Positions 39,531 through 49,084 of a stretch of DNA of 56,793 nt are shown piece by piece (position 1 is the stretch's first letter; the number at the start of each line of letters is the position of its first letter). This DNA comes from Deltaproteobacteria bacterium (lineage in GTDB: Bacteria; Desulfobacterota; Deferrimicrobia; Deferrimicrobiales; Deferrimicrobiaceae). The stretch is taken from NCBI GenBank assembly GCA_021824125.1, contig JAKALO010000002.1, positions 1 through 56,793 of the forward strand, read 5' to 3'. A program made the position numbers and the translations under genes. The notes under the pieces are model-generated. The model worked only from the letters and a program-made list of their open reading frames with translations. It was not told the origin of the DNA and searched no databases.

Positions 39531-41612
39531 ATGGAACGCGATTACCTGTTGGAGATCGGATGCGAGGAAATCCCGGCCGGGTTCGTCGGCCCGGCACTAT
39601 GGTTCGGCGGGCAGCAGTTCGCCGAGGTGCTGAAGAAGGCGCGGCTCGTCTTCGACCGGGTGGACATCTACGGTACCCCGAGAAGGCTCGCCTACGTCGT
39701 CCGGAACCTTTCGGACCGCCAGGAGGCCTCCGAGGAGACGGTGCTGGGGCCCCCGAAAAGCGTCGCCTACGACAAGGAGGGGAAGCCCACCAAGGCCGCG
39801 ACGGGCTTCGCCAGGGCGCAGGGAGTGGAGCTTTCCGCGCTCAAGGTGTTCCCCACCGACCGCGGGGAGTACCTGGGACTCCTGCGGGTGCAGGCCGCAA
39901 GGCCCGTGAGCGAGGTCCTTCCGGAGCTGGTTTCCGGCTGGATACCCACCATACCGTTCAAGAAATCGATGCGCTGGGCCGACCTCGACATCCGGTTCGC
40001 CCGCCCCGTCCACTGGATCGTTTCCCTCTACGGGGACGAGGTGATCCCTTTTTCGTTCGGGAACGTGACCACCGGGAAGACTACGTACGGCCACCGGTTC
40101 CTGTCGCCGGGCCCCATCACCCTGGAATCACCCGGGGAATACTTCGACCGGCTGGCGGCGGCGGACGTGTTCGTGGACCTGGAGGTCCGCAAGGAGAAGA
40201 TACGCGCGGGGATCCGGGAGGCGGAAGCGAAGATCGGCAGGAAGTGGATCGAGGACGAACCGCTCGTGGAGACGGTCGCGAACCTCGTGGAATATCCCGT
40301 GGTGCTGGTGGGACGCTTCGAGGAGAAGTACCTGTCCCTCCCGCGCGAGGTCCTCATCACCTCGATGCGCGTCAACCAGAAGTATTTCGTGTTCGAGGAC
40401 GACAAGGGAAGCCTGTTCCCCGGGTTCGCCTTCGTGTCCAACATGCGCGTCCCGGACGACCGCGTGGTGATCGCTGGCAACGAGCGCGTCATCCGCGCGC
40501 GCCTCTCGGACGCCGAGTTCTACTACGGGGACGACCTGAAGAAGTCCCTGTTCGACCGCGCCCAGGCGCTGAAGAACGTCCTTTTCCAGGCCGACCTCGG
40601 GATGTACTGGGAGAAGGTCGAGCGGATGGCCGAGATCGCCGGCTACGTCGCTTCCGTCGGGTTCCCGGCGAAGGAGAAGGACTGCCGGCGGGCGGCGTTC
40701 CTGACCAAGGCCGACCTGACCACGGGCGTGATCAAGGAGTTCCCCGAGCTGCAGGGGGTCATGGGACGGCACTACGCCGTCAAGACAGGGGAGAAGGAGG
40801 AAGTCGCCCAGGCCGTGTTCGAGCACTACCTCCCCAAGGGACAGTCGGACGATCTCCCCGGGACCGACGTCGGGGTTTCGGTCGCGATCGCCGACAAGAT
40901 CGACATGGTGTGCGGCTGTTTCGGGGTGGGGTTGATCCCGACAGGGACGGCCGATCCGTACGGCCTGCGCCGCCACACCCTCGGGATCCTGTCGATCCTC
41001 GAGTCGAGGGGATTGCGCGTCCCGATCGAGGGTCTGGTCGACCGGTCGCTCGCGACACTGGCCGGAAAGCTGAAGTCCCCGCCGGCCGAGGTGAAGCGGA
41101 AAGTCATGGAGTTCATCGCCGGGCGGCTCGTCAACCTCTGGACCTCCAGGGGGACGCCCGGGGACCTGGCCGACGCCGTCATATCCGCGGGACTGACCGA
41201 TATGGTGGACCTCGGCGCGAAGCTTTCCGCGCTCGTCGCCTTCCGGTCTGAACCCGCGTTCGATCCTCTCGCCGAGGTGTTCAAGCGGGCGATCAACATC
41301 ACGAAAGCGTACGCGGGACCTCTCGACGTCTCGGAGTCGCTCTTCGAGCACGACGAGGAAAGGGCGCTCGCCAACGCGGCCGGCGAGGTGTCCGGCAGGG
41401 TGACCTCGGCCGCGAAGAGCGGGAAGTACGCGGAGGCGTTCGGGGAGATGGCCCGGCTCCAGCCCCTGGTGTCGGCTTTCTTCGACAAGGTGCTGGTGAT
41501 GGCCAAGGACGAGAAGGTGAGGAACAACCGGCTGGCGCTCCTTAAGAACCTTTCCAACCTGTTTGCCGGGGTGGCCGATTTCTCCAAGGTCAGCGCGGCC
41601 CAGCCTAAATAA
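39531..41612 (+). CDS. glyS: Glycine--tRNA ligase beta subunit
   Basis: LLEIGCEEIPAGF, YGTPRRLA and GFARAQG. 693 aa. Immediately downstream of glyQ. Confidence 0.95.
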   Translation: MERDYLLEIGCEEIPAGFVGPALWFGGQQFAEVLKKARLVFDRVDIYGTPRRLAYVVRNLSDRQEASEETVLGPPKSVAYDKEGKPTKAATGFARAQGVELSALKVFPTDRGEYLGLLRVQAARPVSEVLPELVSGWIPTIPFKKSMRWADLDIRFARPVHWIVSLYGDEVIPFSFGNVTTGKTTYGHRFLSPGPITLESPGEYFDRLAAADVFVDLEVRKEKIRAGIREAEAKIGRKWIEDEPLVETVANLVEYPVVLVGRFEEKYLSLPREVLITSMRVNQKYFVFEDDKGSLFPGFAFVSNMRVPDDRVVIAGNERVIRARLSDAEFYYGDDLKKSLFDRAQALKNVLFQADLGMYWEKVERMAEIAGYVASVGFPAKEKDCRRAAFLTKADLTTGVIKEFPELQGVMGRHYAVKTGEKEEVAQAVFEHYLPKGQSDDLPGTDVGVSVAIADKIDMVCGCFGVGLIPTGTADPYGLRRHTLGILSILESRGLRVPIEGLVDRSLATLAGKLKSPPAEVKRKVMEFIAGRLVNLWTSRGTPGDLADAVISAGLTDMVDLGAKLSALVAFRSEPAFDPLAEVFKRAINITKAYAGPLDVSESLFEHDEERALANAAGEVSGRVTSAAKSGKYAEAFGEMARLQPLVSAFFDKVLVMAKDEKVRNNRLALLKNLSNLFAGVADFSKVSAAQPK

Positions 41613-41634
41613 AGGAAAGCGGGAGGAAAAACGG

Positions 41635-44397
41635 ATGGCCACCAAACGCGTCTACTTCTTCGGGGGAGGAAAGGCCGAGGGACACGGCGGGATGAAGGAC
41701 ATCCTCGGCGGGAAGGGGGCCGGGATCGCGGAGATGACGAACCTCGGCATCCCGGTGCCCCCCGGGTTCACGATCGGCACGGAGGTGTGCAACCTCTTTT
41801 ACAAGAACCGGGGAAAGATCCCCGCCGACGTCAGGAAGGAGATCGCGGGGAATCTCGTCCGCCTCGAGAGGCTGGCCGGGAAGAAGCTGGGGGACCCGAA
41901 GAACCCTCTCCTCGTCTCGGTCCGCTCGGGCGCCAAGTTCTCCATGCCCGGGATGATGGACACCATCCTGAACCTGGGGCTTAACGACCGAAGCGTACAG
42001 GGAATCGCGCAGGGGACGAAGAACGAGCGTTTCGCCTACGACTCCTACCGCCGGTTCCTGATGATGTTCTCAGATGTGGTTTTGGGCATAGACAAGGAGC
42101 ACTTCGAGGAGATCTTCGACGCGAAGAAGGGGGAGCGCGGAGTGTCCACGGACGTGGAGCTCACCTCCGGGGATCTCAAGGACGTCTGCGGCAAGTTCAA
42201 GGCGCTCGTCAAGCAGCGGCTCCGGAAGGAGTTCCCCCAGGACCCCCTGGTGCAGCTGGAGCTTTCGCGCGACGCGGTCTTCCGGTCCTGGAACAACGAC
42301 CGCGCCAAGTACTACCGCAAGTCGAACAACATCCCGGACGACATCGGCACGGCGGTCAACGTCCAGGCGATGGTGTTCGGAAACATGGGAGAAGACTGCG
42401 CGACGGGCGTCGGGTTCACGAGGAACCCGGCCACGGGGGCGAAGGAGTTCTACGGGGAGTACCTCATAAACGCGCAGGGCGAGGACGTGGTCGCCGGCAT
42501 CCGCACCCCGAATCCCATCGCGCGCCTGAAGAAGGATATGCCCAGGGTGTTCGACCAGCTGATGCGGATCACGACGAAGCTGGAGAAGCACTACAAGGAC
42601 GTCCAGGACTTCGAGTTCACCGTCGAGAGCAACACGCTCTACATGCTCCAGACGCGGAACGGGAAGAGGACCGCGACGGCCGCCGTGAAGATCGCCGTGG
42701 ACATGGTCAGCGAGAAGCTCCTCACGAGGGAAGAGGCGCTGATGCGCCTCGAGCCGCAGCAGATCGACCAGCTCCTTCACCCGGTCATAGACCCCAAGGC
42801 GAAGCTCGAGGTCATCGCGAAGGGGCTGCCTGCGTCCCCGGGGGCGGCGACGGGCGCCGTGGTCTTCCACGCGGAGCGGGCGGTGGAGTGGGCGACCGCG
42901 GGCAAGGCCGTGATCCTGGTCCGCAAGGAGACCAGCCCCGACGACATCCACGGGATGGACGTCTCGCGCGGGATTCTCACCGCCAAGGGCGGGATGACTT
43001 CCCACGCTGCGGTGGTCGCGCGCCAGATGGGGAAGACCTGCGTGGCGGGGTGCGAATCGATCGAGGTTGACGAGGCGACCAACCGCTTCCTGGTGGGAGG
43101 CCGCGTATTCAGGGAAGGGGACTTCATATCCCTTAACGGGAGCACCGGCGAGGTCATACTGGGGCAGGTGCCCCTCATAGCCCCGAAGATGACGGGGGCG
43201 TTCGGGACGCTCATGTCCTGGGCGGACGGGATTCGCCGTCTGAAGGTCCGCGCCAACGCGGACACGCCGCGGGACGCCCGCGTGGCGAGGGACTTCGGGG
43301 CGCAGGGGATCGGGCTTTGCCGCACCGAGCACATGTTCTTCGCGGAGGACCGGATCCCTCTGATGCGCGAGATGATCCTGGCCCGGACGCGCGAGGAACG
43401 CGAAGCGGCCCTTCTCCGGCTGCTCCCGCTTCAGAAGGATGATTTCAAGGGTCTCTACCGCGAGATGAAGGGTTACCCGGTGACGATCCGGCTCCTGGAC
43501 CCGCCGCTCCACGAGTTTCTCCCCAGGCGGGAAGATCTCATGGTCGAGGTCACCAAGATGGAGCTCGTCCGCGCGGACCGCTCCATCATCGAGGAGAAGA
43601 AGAGGCTGCTGGAGCGGGTGGAGGAGCTCCACGAGTTCAACCCGATGCTTGGTCTTCGGGGTTGCCGCCTCGGGATCCTCTACCCGGAGATCAGCCGGAT
43701 GCAGGCGGCAGCGATCTTCGAGGCGGCCTGCGAGGTCACACGCGAGGGGATCCGGGTCCAGCCCGAGGTGATGGTCCCCCTCGTCAGCATGGTCCAGGAG
43801 ATGAGGGCGCAGAAGCAGCTCATCGTGGCGGTCGCCGAGGAGACGATGAAGCGGCACAAGAAGAAGTTCCCTTACACCGTGGGGACCATGATCGAGCTGC
43901 CGCGCGCGGCCGTGACCGCCGACGAGATCGCCCGGGAGGCGGAGTTCTTCTCCTTCGGGACGAACGACCTCACGCAGACGACCTTCGGCTTCTCGCGCGA
44001 CGATTCGGGCAAGTTCATCCAGTACTACATGGCCCGCTCCGAGCTGTGCCCCCAGTGCGGATCGAAGCTGGAGAAAAACCTCTCATGCGCACCCTGCAAG
44101 GTGACGTACCAGAAGCGCTCCGAGAACATACTCGAGGCCGACGTGTTCGCGACGCTTGACCAGACAGGGGTCGGGCAGCTCGTCAGGATGGGGGTCGAAA
44201 AGGGCCGCGCCTCGCGCCCCGGCCTGAAGGTGGGTATCTGCGGCGAGCATGGAGGGGACCCCAGGTCGGTGGAGTTCTGCCACCGGGTAGGGCTGGACTA
44301 CGTCTCCTGTTCTCCGTACCGGGTGCCGATCGCGCGGCTGGCGGCGGCGCAGGCGGTCTTGAGAGAGAGAGCGACGGCAAAACCGGCTAAAAAGTAA
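41635..44397 (+). CDS. ppdK: Pyruvate, phosphate dikinase (with ~30 aa Cys4 insertion near the C-terminus)
   Basis: Real part of ORF 41563..44397. MATKRVYFFGGGKAEG, GGKGAGIAEM, catalytic GGMTSHAAVVARQMG, FFSFGTNDLTQTTFGFSRDD and ICGEHGGDP. 920 aa from ATG 41635. Confidence 0.95.
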   Translation: MATKRVYFFGGGKAEGHGGMKDILGGKGAGIAEMTNLGIPVPPGFTIGTEVCNLFYKNRGKIPADVRKEIAGNLVRLERLAGKKLGDPKNPLLVSVRSGAKFSMPGMMDTILNLGLNDRSVQGIAQGTKNERFAYDSYRRFLMMFSDVVLGIDKEHFEEIFDAKKGERGVSTDVELTSGDLKDVCGKFKALVKQRLRKEFPQDPLVQLELSRDAVFRSWNNDRAKYYRKSNNIPDDIGTAVNVQAMVFGNMGEDCATGVGFTRNPATGAKEFYGEYLINAQGEDVVAGIRTPNPIARLKKDMPRVFDQLMRITTKLEKHYKDVQDFEFTVESNTLYMLQTRNGKRTATAAVKIAVDMVSEKLLTREEALMRLEPQQIDQLLHPVIDPKAKLEVIAKGLPASPGAATGAVVFHAERAVEWATAGKAVILVRKETSPDDIHGMDVSRGILTAKGGMTSHAAVVARQMGKTCVAGCESIEVDEATNRFLVGGRVFREGDFISLNGSTGEVILGQVPLIAPKMTGAFGTLMSWADGIRRLKVRANADTPRDARVARDFGAQGIGLCRTEHMFFAEDRIPLMREMILARTREEREAALLRLLPLQKDDFKGLYREMKGYPVTIRLLDPPLHEFLPRREDLMVEVTKMELVRADRSIIEEKKRLLERVEELHEFNPMLGLRGCRLGILYPEISRMQAAAIFEAACEVTREGIRVQPEVMVPLVSMVQEMRAQKQLIVAVAEETMKRHKKKFPYTVGTMIELPRAAVTADEIAREAEFFSFGTNDLTQTTFGFSRDDSGKFIQYYMARSELCPQCGSKLEKNLSCAPCKVTYQKRSENILEADVFATLDQTGVGQLVRMGVEKGRASRPGLKVGICGEHGGDPRSVEFCHRVGLDYVSCSPYRVPIARLAAAQAVLRERATAKPAKK

Positions 44398-44420
44398 CAG
44401 GAATCCATTACGTGTCGATG

Positions 44421-44452
44421 CGGCGGCCCCCTGGCGGGGGTCGCCGTTTTTT
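44421..44452 (+). terminator. Rho-independent terminator after ppdK
   Basis: CGGCGGCCCCC (44421-44431), loop TGGC, GGGGGTCGCCG (44436-44446) with one G-U pair, followed by T6. Confidence 0.85.
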
Positions 44453-44455
44453 AGC

Positions 44456-44484
44456 TTTACATTCCCCCGAAAACACCATATATT
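44456..44484 (+). promoter_or_regulatory. Candidate sigma70 promoter for smc-ftsY
   Basis: TTTACA (44456-44461), 17 nt spacer, TATATT (44479-44484). Lies directly after the ppdK terminator and about 78 nt upstream of the smc ATG. Confidence 0.6.
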
Positions 44485-44561
44485 GCGTTCAACAGGGGTT
44501 GTGTATACATCATGTTGAGGATTTCTTTGAAGAATCCCGTGCCGCGGGCAGCAAGGAAGAG

Positions 44562-47500
44562 ATGAAGCTAAAGAAACTGGAACTTTTCGGCTTTAAATCC
44601 TTCTACGACAAGACGATTTTCGATTTTTCCGACGGGATCACCGCCATCGTCGGCCCCAACGGGTGCGGAAAATCCAACATCGTGGACGCGATCCGGTGGG
44701 TGCTCGGCGAGCACGCGCCGTCCTATATCCGGAGCAAGGCGCTGGAGGACGTGATTTTCGCCGGGTCCGACGCCGCCGGGCCGCTTGGCATGGCCGAGGT
44801 GACCCTGACCTTCTGCAACGAGGAAGGCGGGGGGCCGCCTGGATACGAATCCTACGCGGAAATCCAGGTGACCAGGCGGACCTTCCGGAACGGCGAGAGC
44901 GAATTCTCCATCAACAAGGTCCCCTGCCGGCTCAAGGACATCGCGGAACTCTTTCTCGACACCGGGGCGGGCGCCCGCGGCTACGCGATTATCGAGCAGG
45001 GCAAGATCATGACGATCGTGAACGCCCGGCCCGACGAGAAGCGGCTGATCATCGAGGAGGCGGCGGGGGTGGCCAAGTTCCGTGTCCGCAGGAAAGAGGC
45101 GGAGCGGAAGATGGAGAACACCCGCCAGAACCTGGCGCGCGTGAAGGACGTCCTGGACGAGGTGAAGCGGCAACTGGGCAATCTCGACCGCCAGGTCCGC
45201 AAGGCGGAAAGGTACAAGCGGTTAAGGGAGGAATTGCGCGGCCTCGACCTGCTCATCGCGGCCTGCAGGTTCCGCGACCTCTCGCGGGAGCGGGATTCCG
45301 CGGGTGCGGAACTCTCCGCGCAGGAAGAGGCGCTCGTCTCGGTCCGGGCCGGCATTTCCCGCCTGGAAGCGGAACGCGAAACCACCAGGCTGCGTCTTGC
45401 GGAAGCCGAAAGCGCGGCACGGGAGCTGGGTGCGGCCCACGCGGCCCTAAAGGAATCGGCCGCACGCCGCGAGGCGGACTGGAACGGCTACGCCCGCGAG
45501 GCTTCGCAGCTGCGCACGATGATCGACGAAGTGAACGGCGAGATCAACGCCATCGAATGCGAGATCGCCGAACTCGGCCGCCGCCTGGAAGAGTCCGACG
45601 AGGCCGCGAAGGTACGGATCGAAAGCGTCGCCGCGGCCGAGGCCATGGTGGTGGGGCTCGCCGCGGTCGCCGAGTCGACGCGCGAGGATTTCCAGCGTCA
45701 CCAGGAGCTCCACGAGCGGGCCCAGTCCGACCTCATCGTACGCGTGAACCTTCACTCGACCGCCCGGTCGGGCGCGGAGTCGTACCAGAGGTCGATCGAG
45801 GAGAACGAGCGGGCCCTCGCGCGCCTCGACGACAGGATCCGCGAAGCCGGGGCCGCGCTGGAGAAGGCCGGGACGGAGCTTGCGGATGCCTGCCGGGTGG
45901 AGGCGTCCGAAAGGAACACGTTCGCGGAAGCCGGTCGGTCGTGGGAGGAGGCCTGCGCGCAGCTGGCGGACGCGTCGGTCCGCCTCGACGCGGTGGTGGA
46001 GGAACAACGGAAAACGGAGGGGGTGCTGCAGGCGTCCGCCTCGCGGCTGGCGACGCTTTCCCGTTTGTACGAACAGAAGGACTGGACCACCTCCGGCGTC
46101 CGCGCCGTTTTGCGGCATTACAACGGCCAGGGGAACGGGGAGAAAGGGGTCTTCGGCGTGATCGGGGACCTCGTGGAGACGGACTCCACGTACGAGAAGG
46201 CCGTCGAGGCGGTTCTCGGCGAGCGGATGCAGTCCATCGTCGTCCGTGGACACAGCGAGGGGCTCTCCGCGCTCCAGTACCTCAAGGATTCGCGCGAGGG
46301 GCGGGGCTCCTTCGTCCCGGTGTCCCTGCGTACGCGGGAGGACGCCCCCGCTTACATCGGGGAGGACGGGGTGATCGCCCCCCTTACCGAGATCGTGCGC
46401 GTTCCCGCGGAATGCCGGGACCTGGTGCGGGGCCTCCTCGGCGGGACCCTCCTCGTACGCGACATGGAATGCGCGCTCAAGCTTTGGAACCGCAACGGCG
46501 TCTGGAACACCTACGTGACCCTCGACGGGGACGTGGTGACCGCCGAGGGCGCGCTGGCCGGCGGCGCCCAGGTGGAAGGTCAGTCGGGCATCCTCGCGGT
46601 CAAGAGGGAGATCCGCGAACTCGAAAAGGAGATCGCGGGGCTTTCCGCGGAAGCTTCGCGGCTCAAGGCCGACGAGGAGGAGATCCGGAGATCGAAGGCG
46701 GCGCTTGAGGGGCGAAGGGAAGAATCGTTCCGGCGGCGCGAGGATCGCGCGAGCGCGCTTCGACAGGCGGAGCAGCTGCGGGCGCAGTCCGATGCGGGGA
46801 AGTCGCAGGCGGAGGCGACCCTCGATTCCCTCGCGCACGAGCGGGAATACCTCCTCGGCGAGCTCGGGCGGATCAACGGCGAATCGCGGGCGATGCTCGA
46901 GGCGGCTCAGGTGTCGGAGCAGGCAAAGGGCGAGGAGGAGGAGCGGGTGCGGGAGCTCGCGGCCGCCCTCGATGAAAAGCGCGCCCGGATGGAGGAAGCG
47001 AAGGAGAAGCTGCACGCCGGCCGGATCGAGCTTACGCGGCTTGCCGGAATGGACCAGGCCGGGCGCGCGGCCGATTGCGCGCTTGTCGACACGCTCTCCG
47101 GGAAGCGGGCGCAGGCCGCGGAGAGGCTGCGGCGGAAGGCCGGATACGAGGAGAGGAGCGGGGTTCTCGCGGAGGCGCTCGAGGCGGGGCGGAGCGCGAT
47201 CGAGGAGGCGGCGGCGGAACTTTCGCGCCTGCAGGACAGGATCGACAGGCAGCTGGGGGATACCTCGGCCGTTTCCGCGCTCCAGGAATCGCTCGAGGAC
47301 GGCTTGAAGGCGGAACGCCGCCGGGAGGCGGCGGCGCTGGACCGGCTCACGGAGCTGCGCCTGTCCGTCCTGCGGGCCGACAACGACCTTGCGAACCTGG
47401 ACACGCTGACCTGGCAGAGATACGAGACGCACCCGGCCGACCTGCCGGCGCCGGAAGCCGGGGTAGAGCCCGGGGCGGCGGCCGACGAGCTGGCCGGCCG

Positions 47501-48137
47501 GGAGTCCCGGGCCGGTGAGATCCGGGAACGGATCGCCGCGATCGGGGACGTGAACCTGGCCTCCATCGAGGAGCACAGGGAGCTCTCCGAGCGTGCCTCC
47601 TTCCTCTCCTCGCAGAAGGATGACCTGGAAAAGTCTCTCGACGACCTGGCAAAGGCGATCCAGAGGATCAACCGGACCACGCGCGAACGGTTCTCGGAGG
47701 CGTTCGACAGGATCAACGAGAAGCTCCAGGAGGTTTTCCCGAAGCTGTTCCAGGGGGGGCGCGCCTTCCTCACCCTTGTCGAGGAAGACAACCTGCTCGA
47801 GACCGGCGTGGAGATCGTCGTCCAGCCGCCCGGCAAGAAGCTGCTGCCCCTGAAATCCCTGTCCGGCGGGGAGAAATCACTGGCGGCGGCCAGCCTGATA
47901 TTCTCGATCTTCCTCGTCAAGCCGTCGCCGTTCTGCCTCCTGGACGAGGCGGACACGGCGCTGGACGACGCGAACATCGACCGGTTCAACGGGTTGGTCC
48001 GGGAGATGTCGGCCAACTACCAGTTCCTGCTCATCACCCACAACAAGAGGACCATGGAGCTGGCCGACTCGCTTTACGGGATCACGATGGAGAAGCCGGG
48101 GATCTCCAAGGTAGTCTCCGTCAAATTCAACGCGTGA
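44562..48137 (+). CDS. smc: Chromosome segregation protein SMC
   Basis: Real part of ORF 44412..48137. MKLKKLELFGFKSFYDKT, Walker A GPNGCGKSNIVDAIRWVLGE, long coiled coils, a hinge (FGVIGDLV), signature LSGGEKSLAA, and Walker B FCLLDEADTALD. Confidence 0.95.
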   Translation: MKLKKLELFGFKSFYDKTIFDFSDGITAIVGPNGCGKSNIVDAIRWVLGEHAPSYIRSKALEDVIFAGSDAAGPLGMAEVTLTFCNEEGGGPPGYESYAEIQVTRRTFRNGESEFSINKVPCRLKDIAELFLDTGAGARGYAIIEQGKIMTIVNARPDEKRLIIEEAAGVAKFRVRRKEAERKMENTRQNLARVKDVLDEVKRQLGNLDRQVRKAERYKRLREELRGLDLLIAACRFRDLSRERDSAGAELSAQEEALVSVRAGISRLEAERETTRLRLAEAESAARELGAAHAALKESAARREADWNGYAREASQLRTMIDEVNGEINAIECEIAELGRRLEESDEAAKVRIESVAAAEAMVVGLAAVAESTREDFQRHQELHERAQSDLIVRVNLHSTARSGAESYQRSIEENERALARLDDRIREAGAALEKAGTELADACRVEASERNTFAEAGRSWEEACAQLADASVRLDAVVEEQRKTEGVLQASASRLATLSRLYEQKDWTTSGVRAVLRHYNGQGNGEKGVFGVIGDLVETDSTYEKAVEAVLGERMQSIVVRGHSEGLSALQYLKDSREGRGSFVPVSLRTREDAPAYIGEDGVIAPLTEIVRVPAECRDLVRGLLGGTLLVRDMECALKLWNRNGVWNTYVTLDGDVVTAEGALAGGAQVEGQSGILAVKREIRELEKEIAGLSAEASRLKADEEEIRRSKAALEGRREESFRRREDRASALRQAEQLRAQSDAGKSQAEATLDSLAHEREYLLGELGRINGESRAMLEAAQVSEQAKGEEEERVRELAAALDEKRARMEEAKEKLHAGRIELTRLAGMDQAGRAADCALVDTLSGKRAQAAERLRRKAGYEERSGVLAEALEAGRSAIEEAAAELSRLQDRIDRQLGDTSAVSALQESLEDGLKAERRREAAALDRLTELRLSVLRADNDLANLDTLTWQRYETHPADLPAPEAGVEPGAAADELAGRESRAGEIRERIAAIGDVNLASIEEHRELSERASFLSSQKDDLEKSLDDLAKAIQRINRTTRERFSEAFDRINEKLQEVFPKLFQGGRAFLTLVEEDNLLETGVEIVVQPPGKKLLPLKSLSGGEKSLAAASLIFSIFLVKPSPFCLLDEADTALDDANIDRFNGLVREMSANYQFLLITHNKRTMELADSLYGITMEKPGISKVVSVKFNA

Positions 48138-49057
48138 CGAATCCGCCCGATTCCTTCCTGTCCCGCCTGAAGGCGGGGCTTTCCAAAACGCGGGAACTGC
48201 TCTTCATGAACGTGGAAGCGGTCGCCCGCGGGATCGGCCCCGTGGACGAGAAGGTCCTGTCGGAACTCGAGGACGCCCTCATCCTGGCGGACGCGGGAGC
48301 CGGGCTCGCGCAGGAGTACGTCGAAACGCTTCGGGCGAAGTGGCGCCGCGGGGAACTTCCCGACACCGGGGCGCTTCGCTCGGCGCTCCGCGGGATGATC
48401 GCCGCGACCCTTTCCTCGCGGATGGTTCCCCTCGATGTCCGCCCTCCGTATCCCTTCGTCGTCCTGGTCGTGGGCGTGAACGGGGTCGGGAAGACGACGA
48501 CGGTCGGAAAGGTCGCGCACTGGGTGAAGGGGCAGGGCCACCCCGTCCTGCTTGCCGCCGGGGACACGTTCCGCGCCGCGGCGATCGGGCAGCTGAAGAT
48601 CTGGGCGGACCGCGTCGGCGCCGATTTCGTCCAGCACAAGGAAGGCTCCGATTCCTCCGCCGTGGCGTTCGACGCCGTTAACGCCGCGAAGGCCAGGGGT
48701 GCGCACGCGGTCCTCATCGACACCGCGGGGAGGCTTCACACGAAGTCCAACCTGATGGAGGAAATGAGAAAAGTGGTCCGTGTCATAGGCAAGGAGATCC
48801 CGGGGGCCCCGCACGAGGTGCTCCTGGTGCTCGACGCCACGAACGGCCGCAACGCCATCGCGCAGGCCAGGACCTTCCGGGAGTTCACCGGCGTCACGGG
48901 GCTCGTCCTGACGAAGCTCGACGGCACGGCGAAGGGCGGCGTGGTGCTTTCGGTGACGCGGGAGATCGACGCCCCCGTCCGGTTCATCGGCGTCGGGGAG
49001 GGGATCGACGACCTGCGTCCTTTCGACGCCCATGCCTTTGCCGAAGCCCTTATCTGA
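48134..49057 (+). CDS. ftsY: Signal recognition particle receptor FtsY (NG domain only)
   Basis: VLVVGVNGVGKTTTVGKVA, DTAGRL and TKLDGTAKGG. 307 aa with no acidic A domain. The GTG overlaps the smc stop (GTGA). Confidence 0.9.
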   Translation: MTNPPDSFLSRLKAGLSKTRELLFMNVEAVARGIGPVDEKVLSELEDALILADAGAGLAQEYVETLRAKWRRGELPDTGALRSALRGMIAATLSSRMVPLDVRPPYPFVVLVVGVNGVGKTTTVGKVAHWVKGQGHPVLLAAGDTFRAAAIGQLKIWADRVGADFVQHKEGSDSSAVAFDAVNAAKARGAHAVLIDTAGRLHTKSNLMEEMRKVVRVIGKEIPGAPHEVLLVLDATNGRNAIAQARTFREFTGVTGLVLTKLDGTAKGGVVLSVTREIDAPVRFIGVGEGIDDLRPFDAHAFAEALI

Positions 49058-49084
49058 CCTTATGCGCGACGACCCTTCATTACG

